From positions 1-59,520 of the IMG/VR virus record IMGVR_UViG_3300024265_001017: a stretch of 59,520 bases of DNA. One strand, written 5' to 3'. Below are positions 37,420-46,299 of this stretch, in pieces. The position numbers were made by a program, and so were the translations under genes. The notes below the pieces were generated by a model. It searched no databases. It worked only from the letters and a program-made list of their open reading frames with translations, and had not been told where the DNA came from. Each line of letters begins with the position of its first letter. Within the stretch, counting starts at the first letter, position 1. The stretch comes from a virus (taxonomy: Duplodnaviria > Caudoviricetes).

Positions 37420-38850
37420 TTATTCCTCCTTTTTGTCTTCGATTTTCTCAATCAGTGCCAACGTAGTAGTCAACACTTTGAGTTCGTCTTTCTTCGTTTT
37501 CTTCTTGCCTTTGCCCTTCTTCTTGGGCTTTGGCTTAGTTGTTTTCTTAACGTCCGTATCCTTAAAAGCCTCTTTGAAACTACCTTTCTTCTTTTCGTCA
37601 ACTAAAGGCTTGGTTTCTATCTTAGCGGCTTTCTTTGCTTTCTTCTCGACACGTTTCTTGATTGTCTCTTTTACAAGCTCTTCCTTTGGAATCAAGCCAA
37701 GACGGACAGCCTCAGTCTTTGGAATCCGCCTGCCTCTGCCATACAATAGACGACCGTTCTCTATCACCGGCTTAGTCAGTCGATACCAGAGCTTATTTTG
37801 GTCTTGCATGTCATCCTCTCCCTTCTCAACTGTTATCGGTTTCGCTTTCTGTGCCTTGAGTGCCGTGGCAATGACTTTCTCAATTATCGAGAGGTCATTC
37901 TCCATCACCTGCTCAAAGCGTAAACCGGGTGGAAAACTCGGGAGTTGAATCTTCTCCAAAGTAGACCGCTTAGTGTTTGGAACAGTAATACCCCAGCCAC
38001 CTTCAACGTATATTTTAGCACAGTTCCCTGCATGAAGTCCAATTGTGGGAATGCCAGCGGCTAGATAATCCCATGTCTTGTTAGGTCGGCAATACTGGGT
38101 GTATGCGAATTGCCTAGCGTTCACGTTGTCTTTGGCATACGCTTGTAAGCCAGCGGTGTATTGACTCATTTCTTGAAGCAAGTCTTCGTAGGGTATCCAA
38201 CCGTGTGCAATTATACCCTCAGGCTTAGCAAGTTCCCGTACAGTAGAATACTGGTTCTTGCTTCCATAGATATGCACTGTCCAACCTGCTTTCACAAAAG
38301 CTTGGAAAATACTTCGATAGTTTCTGTAGCCATAGTTACCGCCACCAGTTCTAACAAGCCCACCAGCATAGACTAAGTTCTTGTCTCCAGGGTACTTGGG
38401 CTTTGGATGCCAAGCGAGCATCTGCTTGAGTGGGCGGAGATGAACAACCCCCACATTATCCATTTTGTAGTGCATGTCTTCTCGGAGATATTTCAAGTGG
38501 TCTTCACTAGTGAATATAACACCGGCTGCGTTTTCGCACATCTCTTTTTCAATCGCCAACTGTCGAACATTGAGCTTGGTTCGTAGGCTGTGAACGTCTT
38601 GCTCGATTAAAACGTAGGGGATGCCATACATCCGTGGCAGTTGGTAGTATTTTAACCAATCACCACGGCAGAAGATAAGCTCTGGCTTGAGCTTTTGAAC
38701 GTCTTCCTTCCAATCTTGAATCACCCCAACTGCTCTTGGCGAGCGTAGGGTGACTCCACCGTATCGAGCCTGTAAAAGCGTAAAGTACTTATGGGCAGAA
38801 CCAACCGCCCAACTGTGTTGCTGTAGATAGCAAAAAACGGGGTCATGCAC
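37420..38850 (-). CDS. GT-B glycosyltransferase with Lys-rich C-terminal tail
   Basis: LVYAGG, HGWIPY..L...M, PNK..DYLAAGIP.I; K-rich last ~100 aa. Confidence 0.75.
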   Translation of the reverse strand: MHDPVFCYLQQHSWAVGSAHKYFTLLQARYGGVTLRSPRAVGVIQDWKEDVQKLKPELIFCRGDWLKYYQLPRMYGIPYVLIEQDVHSLRTKLNVRQLAIEKEMCENAAGVIFTSEDHLKYLREDMHYKMDNVGVVHLRPLKQMLAWHPKPKYPGDKNLVYAGGLVRTGGGNYGYRNYRSIFQAFVKAGWTVHIYGSKNQYSTVRELAKPEGIIAHGWIPYEDLLQEMSQYTAGLQAYAKDNVNARQFAYTQYCRPNKTWDYLAAGIPTIGLHAGNCAKIYVEGGWGITVPNTKRSTLEKIQLPSFPPGLRFEQVMENDLSIIEKVIATALKAQKAKPITVEKGEDDMQDQNKLWYRLTKPVIENGRLLYGRGRRIPKTEAVRLGLIPKEELVKETIKKRVEKKAKKAAKIETKPLVDEKKKGSFKEAFKDTDVKKTTKPKPKKKGKGKKKTKKDELKVLTTTLALIEKIEDKKEE

Positions 38851-39892
38851 GATTCAGCACCTCGGCTATTTTTTCTCCAGCGTGACCATCACCGTAAGGG
38901 TTCTTGGCAGTGGCAGCGTTGATATAGTGGATGGGGCTTGTCAGGAGCATTCGCGCTACCTCGACCATCTTGTTAGCGTCTGGTGCAAGAAAGGCTCCGC
39001 CAGTAAGTCCTTCGGGACGTTCGGTTTTCTCTCTGAGTACAATGACTGGCTTGTTTAGTGCGGGAGCTTCCTCTTGCAATCCCCCGCTGTCCGTCATTAC
39101 CATATAGCACCTAGCAAGTTCCTTTAGGAACTCTAGGTAGTGCATAGGTTCGAGCAGGTCAATCCCCTGCTTGCCCTCTAATTCGTGCTTGAGTTGCTGT
39201 CCGGTAGCGTTCGGATGTGTCAGCACCCTAAACGTTTTCTCTGGAAACTCCCTGGCAAGCTTGAGGATACCGGCAGAATACATGCCAACCGGCGCGTTCC
39301 TTCTATGGAGCGTCACCAAAACAGTAGGGTCGAGAGTATGCTTGGGGGCCAACTCATTGACAGCATCAATGACTGTGTTGCCAGTTATGTGAATTTCGTT
39401 GGCATCTCCGTAAGGCATCAAGCGTCTTAGGTTGGCCGCTGCTTGCTTCGTCGGAGCAAAGTGTAGATTGGCTACTGAGGAAATAAACATGCGGTAGACT
39501 TCTTCGGGCCATGGCTCGTATCTACAGAATGACCGCAAGCCTGCCTCTACGTGAGCAATCGGGACTCCCTGGTGAAACGCAACCATGGCTGTAGCGTAAG
39601 CTGTCGCCGTGTCGCCCTGTACTATCACGCGCTCGGGATTGCAGAACTCGATAATCCAAGACATGTAACAGATAATGGCATCTACTGTAGTGAGCAGCCG
39701 TTGGCCTGGCTTCATAAGGTTAAGCTCTGTGTCGGGAGTCATCAAGCTTTTGTCCAGCAGCTCTTTGTGCTGCCCTGTACAGACCACGTACTTATCTTCG
39801 GTTGCTCTCACAACTGGGTACAACTTGATAAGCTCTGGCCGTGTTCCATAAACGAATAGGTTCTTTCCCTTCATGGGTTTTTTGGTAGTCAT
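38843..39892 (-). CDS. wecB: UDP-N-acetylglucosamine 2-epimerase (non-hydrolysing)
   Basis: GTRPE.IK, TGQH, VQGDT, HVEAGLRS, PEE, TGNTVIDA, TLHRR, TDSGGLQEEAP, TERPEG, NPYGDG. Confidence 0.93.
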   Translation of the reverse strand: MTTKKPMKGKNLFVYGTRPELIKLYPVVRATEDKYVVCTGQHKELLDKSLMTPDTELNLMKPGQRLLTTVDAIICYMSWIIEFCNPERVIVQGDTATAYATAMVAFHQGVPIAHVEAGLRSFCRYEPWPEEVYRMFISSVANLHFAPTKQAAANLRRLMPYGDANEIHITGNTVIDAVNELAPKHTLDPTVLVTLHRRNAPVGMYSAGILKLAREFPEKTFRVLTHPNATGQQLKHELEGKQGIDLLEPMHYLEFLKELARCYMVMTDSGGLQEEAPALNKPVIVLREKTERPEGLTGGAFLAPDANKMVEVARMLLTSPIHYINAATAKNPYGDGHAGEKIAEVLNRA

Positions 39893-40653
39893 CTTGTTTT
39901 GGGACAGTCAGTAAGCAGTTTGTCGTTTATCTTCTTAGCTGCCGTCAGCAACCCACGACCGATATCTGATTGTAACAAGATATCCAGGTCTTTCGGCAAG
40001 CACTTTCCACCGCCGCCCCTTCCTCCTTTATTAAATATTTCCATATATTTTCCGCTGTTGAATTTGTTGGCTCTTTGGGGAGCGATTACCTTGCTGTAGT
40101 CTATCTCCCGTTTCTCACAGAGGTCATACAGCTCATTGAAAAATACAAGCTTGATAAGGGGGTAGACATTCGATACAAGCTTAATCAGCTCAGCCTCTTT
40201 CGGCTCCACAAAGTAGCGTGGGCCTTCTAAGTTTGTAAAGAGAATCGTGTTGGCATAGCGGGAATATTCGTCATCGACTGCGCCAAAGACTATGTGGTCT
40301 GGTCTCAGAAAGTCACTGAGCGGCGAGTCTTCCCGTAAGAACTCGGGCATGAATACTATCTTCACGCCGGGATACATACTCTGTAACTGCTCGGTCTCTC
40401 CAACTTCGATAGTCGTCTTGATAATGACAAGCTTACCAACCATCTTTTCGATAAGCGTCCCATCACTAACTCGGCCATCTTTGTCATTAACACAATAGAA
40501 CAGCACATCCGCGTCCCGTACTGATTGACTGTCAGGAGATGCAACGAACCCCTTGTAGGGGTCATGGATTGTGAAGTCTGTGTGACCAAGCGCTTCGAGA
40601 CCATCATGGAGAGTGCTACCTACCATGCCGTGTCCCTGGATAAGAATTTTCAT
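39889..40653 (-). CDS. UDP-glucose/GDP-mannose dehydrogenase family protein (lacks C-terminal domain)
   Basis: G.G.VG, PEFLRE, AELIK...N, GG.CLPKD. Confidence 0.85.
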   Translation of the reverse strand: MKILIQGHGMVGSTLHDGLEALGHTDFTIHDPYKGFVASPDSQSVRDADVLFYCVNDKDGRVSDGTLIEKMVGKLVIIKTTIEVGETEQLQSMYPGVKIVFMPEFLREDSPLSDFLRPDHIVFGAVDDEYSRYANTILFTNLEGPRYFVEPKEAELIKLVSNVYPLIKLVFFNELYDLCEKREIDYSKVIAPQRANKFNSGKYMEIFNKGGRGGGGKCLPKDLDILLQSDIGRGLLTAAKKINDKLLTDCPKTR

Positions 40654-40689
40654 GTTATCGCCTATCTTTGGTTGGGTACATTACTGTTG

Positions 40690-40718
40690 ATTATACCTTA
40701 CGACCAGGCGGAAGTCCA
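40690..40718 (-). promoter_or_regulatory. sigma70-type promoter
   Basis: TGGACT-17 bp-TATAAT. Confidence 0.55.
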
Positions 40719-41428
40719 CAGAGACTCCGAACGTAAGGGTGCATCTCAATTTTCTTGCCCTTGCTTGCTGTCGTGATTGTGCTGCATCTGTTCAAAACCC
40801 AGTTGCTCTTGTGAATCACCTGTACCCACTCCCGACTCTCAAGGATGGTAAGCGGATAGTATCTCCACATCCAGGTATGGTTGCGCTCATAGACGTTCCG
40901 TAGGTCGCCTGCCCTCGAAACGAGCGTTGTGAAGGGGGATGTGCATTCTTCGTGATGAACCGTATCCTCGTAGAATGTTTTGTTGCGAACATCCAAGCGA
41001 TAGCCCAAGAACTCATAGAGTCCCGGCTCGGTCGCTAGTTCCTGCATATGCTCAATGTAGGTCGGCATCATTATATCGTCGTTATCTATACGAGTCATCA
41101 AAATCAACTCGTCCTCGTTTGCGGTATTTCTGATGAAGTCCATGTAAGCGGTTGTCATTGTAGTGGGCAGAGGAGCGTCACAATCTTCCCCAAAGAATTT
41201 AGCGCCTGGTACATCGACTTCGGGGTTGCCCAGAATCAACCAGCGGAAGTCTTGACACGTTTGTCCCAGAATAGAGGGCTTGGTAAACTGATTGAACAGC
41301 TCTATTCGGTGTTTCACATAGCCTTTTGGCCCCAGCTTAGCTCGGCCAAGAAAGTTTTGCTTGCCCTTTGCATTAGCGGCTTTTAGGTCTGGGCTGTAGT
41401 GAAACCGGGTGACAATGAAGTGCCTCAT
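40691..41428 (-). CDS. putative glycosyltransferase (rhamnosyltransferase-like, GT-A)
   Basis: HFIVTRF, R..LF..F..PS..GQT.QDF.W, TRIDNDD, QVIH..N. Confidence 0.8.
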   Translation of the reverse strand: MRHFIVTRFHYSPDLKAANAKGKQNFLGRAKLGPKGYVKHRIELFNQFTKPSILGQTCQDFRWLILGNPEVDVPGAKFFGEDCDAPLPTTMTTAYMDFIRNTANEDELILMTRIDNDDIMMPTYIEHMQELATEPGLYEFLGYRLDVRNKTFYEDTVHHEECTSPFTTLVSRAGDLRNVYERNHTWMWRYYPLTILESREWVQVIHKSNWVLNRCSTITTASKGKKIEMHPYVRSLCGLPPGRKV

Positions 41429-42003
41429 ACCAATACAACGCCAAAATTCACAGACGGGTGGAGGTACTTAACTTCAAACTTCTCAAAGTCGCCCTCAAGC
41501 TCGTCCCAGAATCTACGCATACCTGTCTTAACGCCGACTGGGTACTCTTCCAACCAAACGTCATCGAACAGCATAATGCCACCCTTTTTCATCTTGGGCA
41601 ACCAAGCGTGTGTATCTGACTTTACATCTTCATACAGGTGGTTGGCATCTATGAAGCAGATATCAACCGTGCCGTCTTCGACTTGTGCCGCGTACTCTGT
41701 AGCGTCACAAATCACACCCTCGACGTTATGGGCAAACAAGCGGTCTTCTATCTTTTGCGTTCGCTTGATATCGACGGTGATGATTCGCGCATCTTTTGTG
41801 CCGTGGCGGAAGTGTAACGCGCCGACACCCTGGTTGGTTCCCAACTCGACAATCAACTCTGGGTGAGTCTGTTGGCCGAGATGGACGAAAAGCTTGTAGT
41901 AGTGAAAAGAGTTTGGTCGCCTGATAAGGTCTCTGAGAACCTTCGGGCGCTCGTCTACTGTCTTTGTCAGCTCCACAAGCTCCATAAATCGTTCTCTGTC
42001 CAT
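41425..42003 (-). CDS. class I SAM-dependent methyltransferase (Methyltransf_24-like)
   Basis: IVELGT..G, D..FIDA.H.YE.V..D...W...M..GG...FDD. Confidence 0.88.
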   Translation of the reverse strand: MDRERFMELVELTKTVDERPKVLRDLIRRPNSFHYYKLFVHLGQQTHPELIVELGTNQGVGALHFRHGTKDARIITVDIKRTQKIEDRLFAHNVEGVICDATEYAAQVEDGTVDICFIDANHLYEDVKSDTHAWLPKMKKGGIMLFDDVWLEEYPVGVKTGMRRFWDELEGDFEKFEVKYLHPSVNFGVVLV

Positions 42004-42014
42004 ATTCTCTCCTT

Positions 42015-42043
42015 AGAAAGAGAGAGGCGGGTTACCCCGCCCC
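42015..42043 (-). terminator. intrinsic terminator after major capsid gene
   Basis: GGGGCGGG-GUAA-CCCGCCUC followed by UCUCUUUCU. Confidence 0.65.
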
Positions 42044-42091
42044 CCTTATGCGTAACTACAACGGTCTTTACACGTTGCCTCGGTTTTCAAC

Positions 42092-43438
42092 TTAGCTTGC
42101 GGCATCTTCTGTCTTGATGTCGATGAAAGCAGCCGGTCTCCAAACTATGAGCGCCAAACGTTTCTCAGCTCGGACTCGCTTATAGTTCGTTATGAAGTCG
42201 TCATTGGCATAACCAATTTCGATGTTCGTGCCGGTGCGGTCAAAGATTGCCGCGCCCATCTTGAAAGCGCCTACTAAGCAATGACGTTCGCCAGTGCCAG
42301 CGGGACTTGCAACAGCTACGGTCTCTACTACAGGGAGTCGCCATACTCTTGTACCCCCACCAGCCGGAACGGTTACCCACAGGTAGCGTTTGTCAGTGCC
42401 CTTCAACAGCTCGATTTCCTCAAAGTCTAGCGGGTGGAGAACCACACCGGAAGCTTCGAGAAACTCAAGTTCGACATTTGTACGTGACCGACGAATCTTG
42501 TCAAGCAAGGTATCGTCCGTATCGTCACCGCGAACGGCGTGGATAGCGGTCGCATAGTCTTGAATACCGACTGTGTTAAGAATGCCGGTCAAGTCATTGC
42601 TCGCACCAGTTCCCCAGAGCAGCTGGTCTTCCTCCTCTTTGTCCAGTCCATAGGACAGGCGGGAGTCGATTGCCAACTGTAGCTGCGGCGCATCTTCCAT
42701 CATCTTGTTAGAAACTCGGATGTAATGGGCGATTTGCTTCACAACAGCGGTCTTCTCTTCGTACCGAATGTCAGACTTCGGCTTGGTAGCCTCGCCTTGG
42801 AAAACTTCGGGTACGCCAGCGGCCTGGCTGTCAAATGTCTCTTCCAGGTACTCGATTGTGTCACTGCCTGTCCCACCAACGGTGAGCAGACCGCGAACAC
42901 GGAGCGGACGGTCTTCCTCTCGGATGATTTCGCCAACTCGGTCGTTGCGAATCAGGTCACCAGCAATTGATGTCGTAACATCAGAGGCTTTAATCTCCTC
43001 AAGCTGGCTCTTTGTAATCGCAACAAGCCCATCCTTGGCTTCCATCTTTGTCATCGGCGAGGAGCCTTGAAAGCTCTGCCTCTTCCCGTCTGCATACTCT
43101 TTCGCAAGGGTGTACATACGACCGATTGTGATGTGACCAACTATGGGGTCGTCTTTAATCTCTTCCTCTTCGCCCTCTGCGGGATTCTTCGGCTCTTTGC
43201 CCTCTTTGTGAGGGACGCGCATATCTAGCTTGCGGGTATGCTCGTCGATGCCAAGCAACTTCTCGTACCGCTTGACCTCTACCTGCATATCCTCAGCCTC
43301 TACACAGAGCTTATCAACAGCATCAGCTTTCGCCTCTGGCATTGCCTTCCCACTAAACTCGTCCATTATCACCTTGGCCTCGTCAGCCGCCTTGGTAATG
43401 TCCTTGTTCAGAGCGTCAATTTTCTCTTTGTAATCCAT
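42092..43438 (-). CDS. major capsid protein (HK97 fold) with N-terminal coiled-coil delta domain
   Basis: E...KP.S.I, IAH...VS....EDAPQL, EE.QLL.G.G....L.GILN, F..N....RAE.RL...V.RP.AF. Confidence 0.95.
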   Translation of the reverse strand: MDYKEKIDALNKDITKAADEAKVIMDEFSGKAMPEAKADAVDKLCVEAEDMQVEVKRYEKLLGIDEHTRKLDMRVPHKEGKEPKNPAEGEEEEIKDDPIVGHITIGRMYTLAKEYADGKRQSFQGSSPMTKMEAKDGLVAITKSQLEEIKASDVTTSIAGDLIRNDRVGEIIREEDRPLRVRGLLTVGGTGSDTIEYLEETFDSQAAGVPEVFQGEATKPKSDIRYEEKTAVVKQIAHYIRVSNKMMEDAPQLQLAIDSRLSYGLDKEEEDQLLWGTGASNDLTGILNTVGIQDYATAIHAVRGDDTDDTLLDKIRRSRTNVELEFLEASGVVLHPLDFEEIELLKGTDKRYLWVTVPAGGGTRVWRLPVVETVAVASPAGTGERHCLVGAFKMGAAIFDRTGTNIEIGYANDDFITNYKRVRAEKRLALIVWRPAAFIDIKTEDAAS

Positions 43439-43461
43439 TAGGTTTTTGCACTCCTTTCTTG

Positions 43462-44400
43462 TTATCTCAACCTGTCAATTCGTAGGTTGGTTACCCTTTC
43501 AGTCAGAGCAATTTGTTTCTCCTCTTCGCGGGTTCCTTCGGATTCAGACGGGACGGCTTCGGATTTGGTTTCTTTCTCCTCTTCCTCGCCGTGTGCCTGC
43601 GCTCCTTCAAGAAGTGCATTTAGCGGTTCGTTCGCCCTGATTATAAACTCATTGTCGTTGCCTGTCAACTTAGCGTCTTCCAGACCTAAGAGAGTCGATA
43701 GTGCGCCCTTGTAATCGTCAAGTGCCTTCTGGAGTAGCGGTGCCTTCTCTTCAACCGAATCATCTTTAAGGATGTCGGCGAGCGTTTCGTTGAACGTCTG
43801 ATTCGATTTCCAGAGCGCATCCTGCGCGGTCTCCTCGTTAAGAGTCGCCCCGTAGGTTAAGCCCTTAATCTCTGCGCCTGCTTTCTCGGCTTGCTCTTTC
43901 ACGCTCAGAGCGTCAATGGTGGCTCTATCGTTCATCCCCCAAATAACAGCGCTTACTTCCATCAGTTTCACCTCCTCAAGAACACGTACAACCTTTTCAT
44001 CAATTTCTTCAAAATGTTGTTGGACTGCTATGTAGCCTACGGACAGCGCATCAATCACGCCGTCCTGAATTTTTGTCAGTAAATCGGTGCCGTCTGCCGT
44101 GTCGCTTACAAAGATACGAACCACAAGCTTGTCTTCCAGTTCGTAAGCTGCCATGATTTTTCCTAGCACATACTTGGTGCTTGGTATCCCTGGATACTTG
44201 TAGGGGTGGGCATCTAAGAACTTGACCTTGCCTGCTTTGACTGCCCCACCTATCGAACGCTTAAACGCACCAGGCGCGAAAACGTCACCACCGTTATCTA
44301 CGTTCCCAATACCAGCAGCAACTGCATCGAAGGTTCTCTGTTTACCGTCGAATGCTTTAATCTCTAATTCAGTTTGTATGTAGTCAAGCATATAGTTCAC
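43462..44400 (-). CDS. HK97-type prohead protease with C-terminal extension
   Basis: GNVD.GGD...PGAF, H, LSVGY, L.EVSAV.WGMN..A. Confidence 0.92.
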   Translation of the reverse strand: MNYMLDYIQTELEIKAFDGKQRTFDAVAAGIGNVDNGGDVFAPGAFKRSIGGAVKAGKVKFLDAHPYKYPGIPSTKYVLGKIMAAYELEDKLVVRIFVSDTADGTDLLTKIQDGVIDALSVGYIAVQQHFEEIDEKVVRVLEEVKLMEVSAVIWGMNDRATIDALSVKEQAEKAGAEIKGLTYGATLNEETAQDALWKSNQTFNETLADILKDDSVEEKAPLLQKALDDYKGALSTLLGLEDAKLTGNDNEFIIRANEPLNALLEGAQAHGEEEEKETKSEAVPSESEGTREEEKQIALTERVTNLRIDRLR

Positions 44401-44409
44401 CCGTTTCGT

Positions 44410-44438
44410 ATTTTATCATAGCTGGCGGTTATTGTCTA
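44410..44438 (-). promoter_or_regulatory. sigma70-type promoter with extended -10
   Basis: TAGACA-17 bp (ending TGA)-TAAAAT. Confidence 0.6.
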
Positions 44439-44612
44439 TTCTTCTGCCTGCTCAAACGTAATTCCACCATCCCCTTTTATGGGTTTCGTGTGGTCGGCTC
44501 CCTCAAAGTAAATCTCCTGTGGTATCCCTTCTGGAAAAGCTTCACACGTTCTGGGAGTCGTTGGCAAGTGGTGGAAATGCTTGCACTCTAAACATTTGGG
44601 CGGTAGAGTCAT
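44436..44612 (-). CDS. small Cys/His protein downstream of MuF (58 aa; not in ORF track)
   Basis: MTLPPKCLECKHF...TCEAFPEGIP.EI.....DH.KP..GDGGITF; coupled to the MuF stop. Confidence 0.75.
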   Translation of the reverse strand: MTLPPKCLECKHFHHLPTTPRTCEAFPEGIPQEIYFEGADHTKPIKGDGGITFEQAEE

Positions 44613-46213
44613 CATGGTATCAAGCCTCCTGCTTGTAGTACAAATTTCAGTTCTCGCATGTCTTTTCTGCTTTCATCAAAACCCTGTTCGTGGAATTTAG
44701 TAAACAGTTCCGCAAAATATTCATTATGGTTTCTTGTGGCGTAGTCACTTATAACTTTCTCTCCTGGTTGTCTTAGATTAGTGTAATCAATCCCCTGGTT
44801 CTCTAGGTACGTGTGAACCACATGCCCGAACTCATGGGTAGCTGCTTCATCAGCATTCCTTATGGTCGTATACCCATCTCTATACGCTTTGGCATATTCC
44901 CTATCTAATTTGGCCCGTGTAAAGTTGCTATTAAAGCGTATGGCCTCTTTGCTTCCTGTCGGATAGGTTTCTGCCACATTGTTGCTATACTTTAGCGCGA
45001 ACTTTTCATCTTTAACCAGTGTAAGCAGCTTGGTGGGTTCTGGGTACGCTTCCGCTATGCTGCCAAACTTATCTACCCATGCTGCTTTGCTGGCTGCATC
45101 TGAAAATGTAAAGACGGTTGGTTCTGCTACTGCTTTCGATGATAAGGAGACCAGACTACCAGAGTCACCAGCTAAAAGACGAATGCTGACATTGCCTGCT
45201 CCTTGGGCATCAGGCAACCAAGTGTGGAGGTCACCATATGCAAGCTGTCCTACCTCTCCGGCCCAGTTTTCGGCAGTTGGGACAGAGGTTCCCATGTCTT
45301 TCAAGAAAACGCTCATTCTGTCTCCGTAACGCCGTATGGTTATTTCGGCGGTTCCATTTTCAACCGTTCGAGTGATTACCGTGTCTCTAAGCCCATTCCT
45401 CATGTGACTAAACTCTCTGGCAGGGTCTAGCTCGCCAAACATACCCATTACTTCGTTTATGCCATCCGCGCTCTTTTTGCCCGACTTCACGGTCATATAA
45501 CTTCGCTCGTCAACCATGCTGCCAGGAACTCCGCCGATAGTACAACGGCATCTCGGGTGGATGGGTGGCGCTGGCATAGACATGTAGCCGTTTTTGAATG
45601 TCTCAGTAGCCGTATTAAGGCTGTCTCCTTTAGCAAGAAAGGTATCCTTGAGTCTATAGACCTGTTCGTGTATAGCCAAGCAAGTACCACAAGCGTCTGG
45701 GGCGGCTATAAACTGCTTATAATCAACACCGCCCTTCTTCAAGACTTCAAGCGAACCCATGTTGGCTGCTCTAAGTGTCTCGGTACGTGCTACCATCTCT
45801 GCTCTGTCAGCGCCCCAATCGGCAAACCGCTCTTCCAAGAGCTTTCGAGTCTCTTTAACTGGCCGACCGTTCTTGATTCCGTCTGTGATGACCTCTCTTA
45901 CGGTTTCCACGGAGTTCTCTGCTATCTCCCCTGCGAGGGCGGATGTGTGTTCACTAGCGAACTTCACAGCCTCGTCATTTGTCAATCCAAAAGATGTGCC
46001 CACCACTGAGCGCGTTCCCTCTGCACCTTCTTTGATTACGTCCGTGATGTTGGCCTGCATATTGCGCTTGACTATCTGCTCTATATGCGGTCGGAGTTTA
46101 CGAATGCCAGTGATTTGTGCTTTGATATCGTAGCCCTTGATTCCCTCTTGGTTCAAATAAAGGCGAAACTCCTCTGCCATCTCGCCAAACATGTGAGCAG
46201 CTGCCGCTGTCAT
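44612..46213 (-). CDS. MuF-family minor head protein with C-terminal zincin metallopeptidase
   Basis: RA..VARTE..RA.N, C..C, PP.HP.CRC; HEFGH...YA..N..EYFAE. Confidence 0.88.
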   Translation of the reverse strand: MTAAAAHMFGEMAEEFRLYLNQEGIKGYDIKAQITGIRKLRPHIEQIVKRNMQANITDVIKEGAEGTRSVVGTSFGLTNDEAVKFASEHTSALAGEIAENSVETVREVITDGIKNGRPVKETRKLLEERFADWGADRAEMVARTETLRAANMGSLEVLKKGGVDYKQFIAAPDACGTCLAIHEQVYRLKDTFLAKGDSLNTATETFKNGYMSMPAPPIHPRCRCTIGGVPGSMVDERSYMTVKSGKKSADGINEVMGMFGELDPAREFSHMRNGLRDTVITRTVENGTAEITIRRYGDRMSVFLKDMGTSVPTAENWAGEVGQLAYGDLHTWLPDAQGAGNVSIRLLAGDSGSLVSLSSKAVAEPTVFTFSDAASKAAWVDKFGSIAEAYPEPTKLLTLVKDEKFALKYSNNVAETYPTGSKEAIRFNSNFTRAKLDREYAKAYRDGYTTIRNADEAATHEFGHVVHTYLENQGIDYTNLRQPGEKVISDYATRNHNEYFAELFTKFHEQGFDESRKDMRELKFVLQAGGLIP

Positions 46214-46299
46214 AACCTTAACGTGGGTCTCTTCATTATTGACTAGTTTCTCAAGCAGGAGTTTTCTTTGCTCGATAGTGGGGATAGAGTCCAGTGCCT

